Shown in pieces: positions 36,220 to 45,800 of a stretch of 64,000 bases of DNA. The position numbers and the translations under genes are program-made. The first letter of the stretch is position 1. Every line of letters begins with the position of its first letter. The stretch spans positions 28,441 through 92,440 of the forward strand of contig JAIPJS010000007.1 in the NCBI GenBank assembly GCA_021734025.1, written 5' to 3'. The stretch is from Fidelibacterota bacterium (lineage in GTDB: Bacteria; Fidelibacterota; JAANXI01). The notes below the pieces were generated by a model. The model searched no databases and had not been told where the DNA came from. It saw nothing but the letters and a program-made list of their open reading frames with translations.

Positions 36220-36282
36220 GCCTCGCAATGAGATTGCGAGGCTTAAATATTTATCTCATAGCCTTGGAATCTTATTCCAAGG
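36220..36282. terminator. Pair of perfect hairpins in the convergent spacer (gcctcgcaat-gag-attgcgaggc at 36220-36242; ccttggaat-ctt-attccaagg at 36262-36282), likely bidirectional terminators for the thioesterase gene (+) and sucB (-)
   Basis: 10-bp and 9-bp perfect stems flanked by A/T-rich tracts. Confidence 0.4.
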
Positions 36283-36327
36283 CGGGTATTATTTACGCAG
36301 TACGTAATATGCAATACTCAATACGTG

Positions 36328-37632
36328 TCACACGTCCAGCAGCATCCTCGACGGAGCCTCGATGAGTTCCTTCACCCGCACCAGGAATTGCACGGAGTCC
36401 TTGCCGTCGATCAGGCGGTGATCATAGGACATCGCCACATACATCATCGGGCGGACAACCACTTCACCGTCGATGGCTACCGGACGATCTTCGATCTTAT
36501 GGAGGCCAAGGATGGCCGACTGCGGTGCGTTGATAATCGGTGTAGACATGAGTGATCCGAAGACGCCGCCGTTGGAAATGGTGAACGTACCGCCGCGCAT
36601 CTCTTCGATGTCCAATTTGTTGTTGCGCGCCCGATCCGCCAACTCGTTGACCTTCTGCTCAATCTGAGCAAACGAGAGTTTGTCTGCATTCCTTATGACC
36701 GGCACTACTAACCCACGATCAGTGGAGACGGCCATGGCGATGTCGGCGTATTTGTGGTAGACGATTTCGTTGCCGTCGATTTTGGCGTTCACCACCGGGA
36801 ACTCCTGCAGTGCCAGAGCGCACGCCCTGGTAAAAAACGACATAAAGCCGAGTCGCACGCCGTGTTTCTCCTCGAATTGCTCCTTGTGCTCGGCGCGCAC
36901 CTGTTTTACCGCCGACATGTCAACTTCATTGAAGGTCGTGAGCATGGCCGCGTCATTCTGGGCATTGACCAGGCGATCAGCGATAGTGCGGCGCAGCGTG
37001 GACATCCGCTTACGTTCCACTTCCCGCTCACCGGTGAACTGTTCAGGCCGGACAGCCTTTGATGCTGTTTCTTTGGCGGGCTTCGATTTCTTCTGAGTCT
37101 CTTTTTCCTCTGAAGGTTGTGCCTTTTCCGAATCTTTTACTGCGCGCTGTGCATCGGCCTTGGTAATTTTCCCGCCGATACCGGTACCCTTCACGCCGCT
37201 GGGATCGATCCCGGCCTCTTTCAGAACATTGGAGGCAACGGGTGAAACGCGGACTCCTTCAGAGGTCGGTTCTTCTGTCTCTTCCTCAGCTTCCTGTGGT
37301 TCCTCCTCAGGCTCTTTCGGTGATTCTTCTTCCGCCTCTTGAGGCTCCTCGGTTTTTTCTGGCTCAGGTTCTTCTTCGGCGGTGTCTTCGCCTTCTCCCT
37401 CCGTATCTATGACGGCGAGGACATCCCCGACTGAGACGGTGTCATCGGTCTGCGCCTTGATTTGGAGCGTACCCGCTTTATCCGAAGGGACCTCGAACGA
37501 GGCTTTGTCGGACTCGATCTCGCAGATCACATCGTCCACGTCTACATATTCGCCATCTTGCTTCAGCCACTCGGCTACTACGACTTCGCTGATGGATTCG
37601 CCAACTTCCGGTACCGTAATCTCGTGTTTCAT
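36328..37632 (-). CDS. sucB: Dihydrolipoyllysine-residue succinyltransferase (2-oxoglutarate dehydrogenase E2)
   Basis: Lipoyl domain ([14 protein letters not shown]). Acidic P/E-rich linker. Catalytic domain with DHRLIDG. Adjacent to sucA. Confidence 0.9.
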   Translation of the reverse strand: MKHEITVPEVGESISEVVVAEWLKQDGEYVDVDDVICEIESDKASFEVPSDKAGTLQIKAQTDDTVSVGDVLAVIDTEGEGEDTAEEEPEPEKTEEPQEAEEESPKEPEEEPQEAEEETEEPTSEGVRVSPVASNVLKEAGIDPSGVKGTGIGGKITKADAQRAVKDSEKAQPSEEKETQKKSKPAKETASKAVRPEQFTGEREVERKRMSTLRRTIADRLVNAQNDAAMLTTFNEVDMSAVKQVRAEHKEQFEEKHGVRLGFMSFFTRACALALQEFPVVNAKIDGNEIVYHKYADIAMAVSTDRGLVVPVIRNADKLSFAQIEQKVNELADRARNNKLDIEEMRGGTFTISNGGVFGSLMSTPIINAPQSAILGLHKIEDRPVAIDGEVVVRPMMYVAMSYDHRLIDGKDSVQFLVRVKELIEAPSRMLLDV

Positions 37633-37769
37633 TCTTTACCAGTGTTTAAGTGTTGAAGTGTTAGAGTGTTCAAGTAGTTGCGTGTCATGTGCTCATAATT
37701 CTCATTCGATATTAAAGAGGTCCTGCATACTTTAACACCTGAACACTATAACACTCTAGCACTGTTTTA
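37633..37769. repeat. Inverted arrays of degenerate octamers between sucA and sucB: GTGTTTAA-GTGTTGAA-GTGTTAGA-GTGTTCAA ... TTAACAC-CTGAACAC-TATAACAC-TCTAGCAC
   Basis: The two arrays are reverse complements of each other around a ~60-nt unique core. Confidence 0.5.
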
Positions 37770-40559
37770 TTATGTTTTCTCCGCCACAACTTTCCCGTTG
37801 CCGTTCCCGGGGGCTTTCACCCCTTCGTTTTCGGTGTTGAACGCCCGGTTGATGATGCTCTCCTGTTCCTTTGCATGCTGCTTGTGAAATCCTGTGGCAG
37901 GGGAGGCGCTGTTCCGCCGGGCCACCAGGCCGAGCTCCACCAGATCAAACTTTCGACAAAGATAGGCCCACGCGCCCATATTTTCCGGCTCCTCCTGGAC
38001 CCAGATGTAGCGTTCGACATTCTTGTATTTGTCAAAGATTTTGGTGAGCTGCTTCTCCGGCAACGGATAGAGTTGCTCCATCCGGATTATTGCCACGTCG
38101 TTCCGGCTTTCTTCTTCCTGACGCTCCAGGAGATCGTAATAGACCTTACCCGAGCAGAGGAGCAGCGATTTTACTTCACTGGGATCGGCGAATTTGTCGT
38201 CGATGACTTCCTTGAAGCCGCCGGTTGTGAGGTCTTCCAATGGACTGATGCATTTCGGATGCCTCAGCAAACTTTTCGGGGTATACACAACAAGCGGAAT
38301 CCGGAAGGGATATGCCATATGTCGGCGGAGCATGTGGAACAGGTTCGCTGGCGTCGTGGGGTTAATTACCTGCCAATTGTTGTTCGCCGATAGTTCCAGG
38401 AAGCGCTCGATTCTCGCTGAAGAATGTTCGGGGCCCTGCCCCTCATATCCGTGGGGGAGATACAGTACCAAGCCGTTGGAGCGATTCCACTTGGCTTCCG
38501 AGGCGCTGATATATTGATCAACGATAATTTGTGCGCCGTTATAAAAGTCGCCGAACTGTGCCTCCCAGATAGTGAGCCCTTCAGGTGTGGCGCAGGCATA
38601 TCCGTATTCGAATCCCATAACGCCATACTCGTTGAGTGGCGAGTTATGAATCCGGAACGGCGCCTGGTCATCCGACAGGTTATTCAGCGGGACATAGCGT
38701 TCTTCGGCGTCCCGGCTCAACAATACGGCGTGACGATGTGAAAAGGTGCCACGCTCGGCATCCTGGCCGGTCAGCCGGATGGGGACATTTTCAGTTAACA
38801 ATGATGCATATGCCAATTGTTCAGCCAACGCCCAGTCGAGGGTTTTCTTCTCAGTCAGTCGTTCTTTTGCGGAGCCGTACAGTCGTTTAATTTTCCGGAA
38901 GAGATCCATGTCCTCCGGTACGGTAAAGATCTTTTCTCCCAGCGATAGAAGGGTAGACTCATCCACACCTGTCTCGGGGGAAGAAGTCAGTGACTTCTCC
39001 TGGGGACGCCGCTGATCTTCACAAGAGGAGAGTGCATCGTCCGTGAAGGGTGGACCAATCTGCTTGTCCTCTTTGGCCTCACTCAGATGCTCTTCCAGCA
39101 TCTGACGGAATTCCTCTTCCATCTCCTCGGCGATACCCTTCTCCACAGTACCGGCTTCCAGCAGCTTGTTGTTGTAGATTTCTCTGGGATCGGGATGCTG
39201 CTCTATGATTTCGTAGAGTTTCGGCTGGGTAAACCGGGGCTCGTCGGCTTCGTTGTGTCCGTATTTCCGGTAGCCCAGCAGATCGATAAATACATCCGTG
39301 TTGAACTTCTGGCGATATTCCATGGCCATCTGGATGGCGAACACTACGGCTTCGGCGTCATCGGCGTTCACGTGAAAGACCGGCGACAGTGTTACCTTAG
39401 CCACGTCCGTGCAATAGGTGCTGGAGCGGCCCTGGAGATAATTAGTGGTGAAGCCGACCTGGTTGTTAATTACCAGATGGATGGTGCCGCCAGTGCGGTA
39501 GCCGTCCAACAACGACATCTGGATGACTTCGTACACCACACCTTGTCCGGCGATGGCGGCGTCACCGTGAATGAGAATCGGGACTACTTTGTCGATATCA
39601 TCGTTAAACAGATTGTCAATCTTGGAGCGGGACATGCCTTCTACCACGGGATCAACGGATTCAAGGTGCGACGGATTCGGCGCCAGATTAATCCGGACTT
39701 CTTTGCCGGATTGCGTTGTGACATCGCTGGTATATCCCAGATGATATTTGACATCGCCCTCGAACACCGAATCCTGATAGGCTGCGCCTTCGAATTCGCT
39801 GAAGATCTCCTCGTACGATTTGTCCATGATATTAGCGAGCACGTTGAGCCGGCCGCGATGTGCCATTCCGAGGACAACCTCCTCCACGCCGAGTTCGGCG
39901 CCTTTTTCCAGCACCGCATCCAGCCCGGGAATCAGCGTTTCGCCACCGGACAGGGCAAATCGTTTTTGTCCCACATATTTGGTGTGGAGAAAGTTTTCGA
40001 AGACCACCGCCTGATTCAATTTGTGGAGAATCCGGCGTTTTTCTTCCGGTGCGAAGTCCGGCAGATTTCGGCTGGACTCCATCTTATCCTGGAGCCACTG
40101 GACTTTCTCCGGCTCCCGGATGAAGCGATACTCCGCGCCGATGGAACGGCAATAGGTGGTTTTGAGATGGTCGATGATTTCCCGGAGCGTGGCCGGGCCA
40201 ATGCCAATTTCGTGGCCGGCCTGAAAGGTGGTATCCAGATCCTCTTCGGTGAGGCCGAAATTTTCGATATCCAGGGTCGGGGAGTATTTCCGCCGCTCCC
40301 GGACCGGATTGGTCTTGGTGAACAGATGGCCCCGTCGACGGTAGCCGCTGATCAGGTTGAGCACCAGGCGTTCTTTTTCCGCCGCTTCCGGTATGTCGAG
40401 CTGCGTTTCGCCGCTCTGCTGGGCGAATTCATATCCGGCAAAGAAGTCCCGCCACTCCTCCCTGACCGAGTCGGGATCTTCCCGGTAATCGTCATAGAGC
40501 CCTTCGATATAGTCGGGATGGGCGTTATGCAAAAATGAAAAATCTTCTATATCACTCAT
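37770..40559 (-). CDS. sucA: 2-oxoglutarate dehydrogenase E1 component
   Basis: 929 aa. Signature LGYRKYGHNEADEP plus a TPP-binding region. Confidence 0.9.
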   Translation of the reverse strand: MSDIEDFSFLHNAHPDYIEGLYDDYREDPDSVREEWRDFFAGYEFAQQSGETQLDIPEAAEKERLVLNLISGYRRRGHLFTKTNPVRERRKYSPTLDIENFGLTEEDLDTTFQAGHEIGIGPATLREIIDHLKTTYCRSIGAEYRFIREPEKVQWLQDKMESSRNLPDFAPEEKRRILHKLNQAVVFENFLHTKYVGQKRFALSGGETLIPGLDAVLEKGAELGVEEVVLGMAHRGRLNVLANIMDKSYEEIFSEFEGAAYQDSVFEGDVKYHLGYTSDVTTQSGKEVRINLAPNPSHLESVDPVVEGMSRSKIDNLFNDDIDKVVPILIHGDAAIAGQGVVYEVIQMSLLDGYRTGGTIHLVINNQVGFTTNYLQGRSSTYCTDVAKVTLSPVFHVNADDAEAVVFAIQMAMEYRQKFNTDVFIDLLGYRKYGHNEADEPRFTQPKLYEIIEQHPDPREIYNNKLLEAGTVEKGIAEEMEEEFRQMLEEHLSEAKEDKQIGPPFTDDALSSCEDQRRPQEKSLTSSPETGVDESTLLSLGEKIFTVPEDMDLFRKIKRLYGSAKERLTEKKTLDWALAEQLAYASLLTENVPIRLTGQDAERGTFSHRHAVLLSRDAEERYVPLNNLSDDQAPFRIHNSPLNEYGVMGFEYGYACATPEGLTIWEAQFGDFYNGAQIIVDQYISASEAKWNRSNGLVLYLPHGYEGQGPEHSSARIERFLELSANNNWQVINPTTPANLFHMLRRHMAYPFRIPLVVYTPKSLLRHPKCISPLEDLTTGGFKEVIDDKFADPSEVKSLLLCSGKVYYDLLERQEEESRNDVAIIRMEQLYPLPEKQLTKIFDKYKNVERYIWVQEEPENMGAWAYLCRKFDLVELGLVARRNSASPATGFHKQHAKEQESIINRAFNTENEGVKAPGNGNGKVVAEKT

Positions 40560-40904
40560 GTGGTTTGTCCGATACCGTTTATGATAAGTATTGGGCTGCA
40601 GTGGGTATGGATTCGACTGAAACCGGGAAATTGGAACGGCTGATACCGGTGAATAGGGTGAATAATTGTTGCAGCCATCGATCTGGTTGTAAGTTCATTT
40701 AATCTGTCTTTATTATTGTTGCTGATGAAGCTAACTCTCCGGATCAATAAAGTCAATTCCTGAAGCCTATTGTTGCAGGGAAATGAGGCTCCCTATTGTT
40801 AATGGTCGCACCTGGGAAGGAGCTCCCGAGTCCACCTTAGCTTCGCAACCTCATTGCGAGGTGAACCCTTTGCGCCGGTCCACTTATTTCGTATAATCAA
40901 AAGG

Positions 40905-41642
40905 ATGAATACAACTACCGAACAAACCTTTTCTTCCAAAGATGCCGCCCGCCAGCACGTCTGGGATACACTGGAGAATGAGAAAGCCGCGCGATTTCCG
41001 TTCCCGCCACACGACCGGATTCCGAATTTTGCCGGCGCCAAAGAAGCGGCACAACGGCTGATGAATTCTCCGGCGATGGAAGATATCGAGAGCATAAAAA
41101 TCAATCCGGATGCTCCCCAGCGATATGTGCGGGAGATGGCCCTCCGTCGCGGCATTACAGTGTATATGCCAACGCCGAGGCTCCGGGCCGGATTCAAGCG
41201 GTTTGATCCGAACGCGATCCCCGAAGATAAATATTCCGAGGCTGCCAGCTTGAGCAAAGGGGAACAATACGCCGAATCAATCAGCCTGGAACGCTTACCG
41301 CAGATGGATTTGATCGTTGCTGGTTCGGTGGCGGTGACTGCCGATGGGAAACGCTGCGGCAAGGGGCACGGTTACAGCGATCTGGAATATGCTATTTTAC
41401 TTGAACTGGGCCACAAGCCGGTTCCGGTGGTGACCACAGTGCATCCGATTCAGATTGCGGAAGATTTCCCCACCGAGGCTCACGATATCCCGCTCTCCCT
41501 GCTAGTTACTCCTGAGGAAATAATTGAGGTTCCGAATCCACCGGGAGCGCCAGCAAGGCTCGAATGGTCTTCCCTGACTGAGCAGGATTTGGAGGAGATG
41601 CCGGTACTGCGTGAGTTAAAGGATCAGGCCTACAATGGCTGA
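40905..41642 (+). CDS. 5-formyltetrahydrofolate cyclo-ligase family protein
   Basis: GSVAVTADGKRCGKGHGYSD/LE and the overall MTHFS-like layout. Stop overlaps the next gene. Confidence 0.7.
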   Translation: MNTTTEQTFSSKDAARQHVWDTLENEKAARFPFPPHDRIPNFAGAKEAAQRLMNSPAMEDIESIKINPDAPQRYVREMALRRGITVYMPTPRLRAGFKRFDPNAIPEDKYSEAASLSKGEQYAESISLERLPQMDLIVAGSVAVTADGKRCGKGHGYSDLEYAILLELGHKPVPVVTTVHPIQIAEDFPTEAHDIPLSLLVTPEEIIEVPNPPGAPARLEWSSLTEQDLEEMPVLRELKDQAYNG

Positions 41643-42486
41643 CAAATCCAAACGGTTGTTTCTGAATTTTCCCGGCGAATTTTTTGTGGATTCCACCTGT
41701 ATAAACTGTGATGCATGTCGTCAAATAGCGCCTGAGACCTTTGCCGAGGCGGAAGACTATGCGTATGTAAAAGCACAGCCTTCTACCGATGAGGAGGAAA
41801 GGCGCGCACTCCGGGCGTTGATTTCCTGTCCCACCGGCTCCATCGGGACTGTGCAGCCTAATAATGCCGCGGAAGTTATTAGCGATTTTCCGTTGCGGCT
41901 GGACGAGGGCGTGCACTATTGTGGCTTTAACTCCAGGGAGAGTGCTGGCGGGAATAGCTATTTCATCGAGCATGCCGGCGGCAACTGGCTGGTGGATGCA
42001 CCGCGTTTCCACCGGCATCTGGTGGGGGAATTCGCAAAACGCGGCGGGGTCGATTTTATCTTTTTATCCAGCTGGGATTTTTCTGAAACGGCGGCGCAAT
42101 ATGCCAGGGAGTTTGACGCGCAACGCATCGCATATGCAGGGGACGACCCGGATGTACCGGATGCTGAGGTGATAATCAGAGGAAAGGAGCCGGTCGAATT
42201 CCTCCCGGATTTCCGTATTATACCATCTTCCGGCAATCGTCAAATGCTGCTCCTGGAGAATCGATATCTGTTCACCGGAGACCTGTTCTGGTGGGTGCCG
42301 TATCGGGAAAAATTGAAAGTGCCTGAGCATATTCTACAATCAGGAGATGAACAGCTTCTCACATCGCTGGGACAGTTGGCTTCGTTGGCGTTTGAATATG
42401 TGTTACCGGCGCACGGCCATCGGGTGAAACGATCGGCGGAGGAAATGGAGGACAGGCTCCAATCCCTTATCCATCGAATCTCGTGA
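41635..42486 (+). CDS. Ferredoxin-domain (Cx2Cx2C...CP) protein fused to an MBL-fold-like domain
   Basis: CINCDACRQIAPETF...CPTGSI. C-terminal LPAHGH. Confidence 0.45.
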   Translation: MADKSKRLFLNFPGEFFVDSTCINCDACRQIAPETFAEAEDYAYVKAQPSTDEEERRALRALISCPTGSIGTVQPNNAAEVISDFPLRLDEGVHYCGFNSRESAGGNSYFIEHAGGNWLVDAPRFHRHLVGEFAKRGGVDFIFLSSWDFSETAAQYAREFDAQRIAYAGDDPDVPDAEVIIRGKEPVEFLPDFRIIPSSGNRQMLLLENRYLFTGDLFWWVPYREKLKVPEHILQSGDEQLLTSLGQLASLAFEYVLPAHGHRVKRSAEEMEDRLQSLIHRIS

Positions 42487-42831
42487 AGTTGTAAACGGCT
42501 TGCACCATCGCTGGGAGGATAAATCGCGGCGCAGCATTTAAAAAGTAGCCTAAAAATACAAGAAATACTTAATTTTATATTTAATAATTGCGTAATTCAC
42601 CGAAACTGATCCAACAAAATTTACATCCGTAAAGTTTTTTCAATTTGTATTTGAATTTCTAGGGGTACCGCCGTTATATTCGAAAACCTGACGAACCTGA
42701 TGGGTGCAAGACTGATCGATTACATATCGATTTCATAGGCACCCCGCCCTGAAAATTTGGCGGAAACACTATATTACATAGTGCGCCTCCCCGGGAGGCG
42801 GTGCTATATAGATGGAGAATTGATTGTGTCT

Positions 42832-45800
42832 ATGAAATTTGGAAATGGTAAAACCAGTATCTCCAAGCCTTTATACGAGATGCCGTTCGAGCGCTCCAAT
42901 TGTGGTGTCGGCGTCCTTGTCAACCTCAAAGGCGAAAAAACTCACCAACTGATCCAAGATGGATTTACCCTTTTAGAGAACCTTGACCACCGTGGCGCGC
43001 GGGGTGCGGAAGAGAAAACAGGCGACGGTGCCGGTATCCTGTTGCAGAAGCCGCACGAATTTTTTCAGTCCGAAGTGGATGGACTGGGTGACTTCGACTC
43101 CTACGGCGTGGGTATGGTCTTTTTACCCAGAGATCCGCATCTGAACTCGGAAATCCGGCTGTTAATCGAGGATTGTATCAGAGATGAAAACCTCCGCCTT
43201 ATATCCTGGCGGGAGGTGCCCACGGATAATGCGGATCTCGGTAAAAGTGCGCTGGATACTGAACCGCACGTGGTACAATTTTTCGTGGAACCAAAAGAAG
43301 ACCTGTCGCCCGGAGAATTGGATTCGCGGCTGTATGTCTTGCGCCGGGTCATCGAAAATGCGGCGGTGGAGCGCAAGCCCCGTAGTAGCGAACATTTTTA
43401 TATCTGTTCGCTGGATCGTCGAAAGATCGTATATAAAGGATTATTAACGGTCAGCCAGCTGTCACAGTACTATCCCGAACTTTCGGACGAAAAAATGAAG
43501 TCCAAATTAGTACTGGTGCATTCCAGGTTCAGTACCAATACGCTGGGCTCATGGAAGCTGGCCCATCCATATCGTGCCATCTTGCATAACGGGGAAATCA
43601 ACACTGTGCGCGGCAACATTAACTGGATGCGGGCCCGGGAGCACGCGCTGAGTAATCCGACGTTCGGCGACGACATCGAAAAGATTAAGCCAATTACCAC
43701 AGACAAACAGAGCGATACTGCGGTCCTGGATAATGTGTTAGAGCTCCTGGTTGAGAGCGGCCGAAGCCTGCCGCACGCGTTACGTCTGTTAGTGCCCGAG
43801 GCCTGGAGCAAGGATCCGCTGATGGATGAGAGCCGGAAGGCGTGGTACGATTATCACTCTACGATGATGGAACCGTGGGACGGCCCGGCGCTTGTGGCGT
43901 TCACCGACGGGAATCTGGTCGGTTCAATTCTGGATCGAAACGGGCTGCGTCCGGCGCGGTATTACATCACCACTGACGATCAGTTTATTATGGCAAGCGA
44001 AGCCGGCGTGCTGGATACGCCGCCGGAGAAGATCGCCGAAACCGGCCGGCTGAAGCCGGGACAGATGCTTCTGGTTGATCCGGACAAGGGTGGGATTATC
44101 CCGGACGAAGAGGTGTTCGCCAACCTCACTGACGATAAATACATTCAATGGCTAAATGAGAACCGGGTGAAACTCCACAACCTGATGGAGGAATCGGAGG
44201 TTCCCACCCCCGAATTCGACTTTAATCGACTGACTGAGTATCAGCGGGTATTCGGCTATACCGAAGAGGATCTCCACCGGTTTATCATCCCAATGGCTCA
44301 GGATGGAAAGGATCCCGTGGGGGCGATGGGGAACGACACGCCACTCAGCGTGCTCTCCAACAGGAACAAGACGATCTTTTCGTATTTTAAGCAGCTCTTC
44401 GCCCAGGTATCGAATCCGCCTATCGATTATATCCGGGAAAACCTGGTTACTTCCATTGAGAGTCATATCGGGAAAAAGGGCAACCTCCTGGACGAAAGTC
44501 CGGATCACTGTCGGCAGCTGCATCTGAACTCGCCGATTCTGACAGATAAGGCGCTCGATACCATCCGGAATATGAATACCAATGGGATTAAATCGCACAC
44601 CATCGATTGTTCCTATCCCAATGGGATGACTCTGGGTGAAGGAATTCGTCATATTCGCGAGGAGGCGGTCCAGGCCATCAGGGACGGATACGAAATTCTC
44701 ATCCTCTCGGATAAGCAAATTAATAAGGACAGAATTCCGGTACCGAGTCTGCTTCTCATCGGCGGGATTCACCATTATCTGATCCGCAAGAGCCTGCGGT
44801 CGGAGGTCGGGTTGGTGCTCGAAACCGGTGATCCTACCGATGTGCATCACTTCTGTACGCTCATCGGATACGGCGCAGACGCCATTAATCCGTATCTGGC
44901 CTACGCCAGTATCCGGCAGATCATTCATGATGAGACTTTCGATATGACCGGCGAACTGGCGCTGAACCAGTATCGCAAAGCGGTGGAGGACGGCATCCAG
45001 AAAGTGATGTCCAAGATGGGGATCTCCACGCTGGAAAGCTACAAGGGCGCACAAATTTTCGAGATTGTCGGAATTAATAACTACGTGGTGGACGAATATT
45101 TTGAAGGCACGGTTTCCCGTATCGAGGGTATGGGCTTCAAGGAAATCGAGCGCGATATCCAGGAACGCCACGACATGGCTTATCACAGCCGGATGGCTGG
45201 CAGCACTGACCTGGATCAGGAGGGCGAATACTACTGGCGGCGGGACGGTGAGTACCACCAGTGGAATCCCATGACGCTGGGCCGGTTACAGCATTCTGCG
45301 CGCTCCAACAATTATAATGTATATAAACAATTCGCCAGAGAAATCAACGAGCAGGAGAACCAGCTCCAGACGCTCCGCGGTATGCTGCGATTTGATCCGG
45401 ATAAAATGCAGTCCATTCCGCTGGAAGAAGTGGAGCCGGTGGAGTCGATTTTCCCCAGGTTCTTCAGCAGTTCCATGTCCTTCGGTTCATTGAGCAAAGA
45501 GGTGCATGAGACGCTGGCTATTGCCATGAACCGGATCGGCGGTCGCGCCGGATCCGGGGAGGGCGGTGAAGAGGTCGAGCGATTCGATACCGAGAGAGAG
45601 TGCCGGATTAAGCAGGTAGCCAGCGGCCGGTTTGGCGTAACTATCGATTATCTGCAACACGGTACGGACATCGAAATCAAGATGGCGCAGGGTTCCAAGC
45701 CTGGCGAAGGCGGTCAGCTGCCAGGGCGGAAGGTGAACGAAGTGATCGCCAGGGTGCGGTATACCACACCTGGCGTCGGGCTTATCTCACCGCCGCCGCA

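Noticed and set aside
39087-40538. 483-aa + strand ORF
   Set aside because: It lies antisense inside sucA, which has unambiguous 2-oxoglutarate dehydrogenase E1 motifs on the - strand. It is low-complexity and a GC-rich antisense artefact.
42487-42831. Possible riboswitch upstream of gltB (for example glutamine) and upstream of cysK (SAM)
   Set aside because: Both spacers are AT-rich promoter-like sequence, with no recognisable conserved riboswitch cores or pseudoknot-forming complementary segments.
44152-45258. 368-aa - strand ORF
   Set aside because: It is antisense within gltB and has no recognisable motifs.
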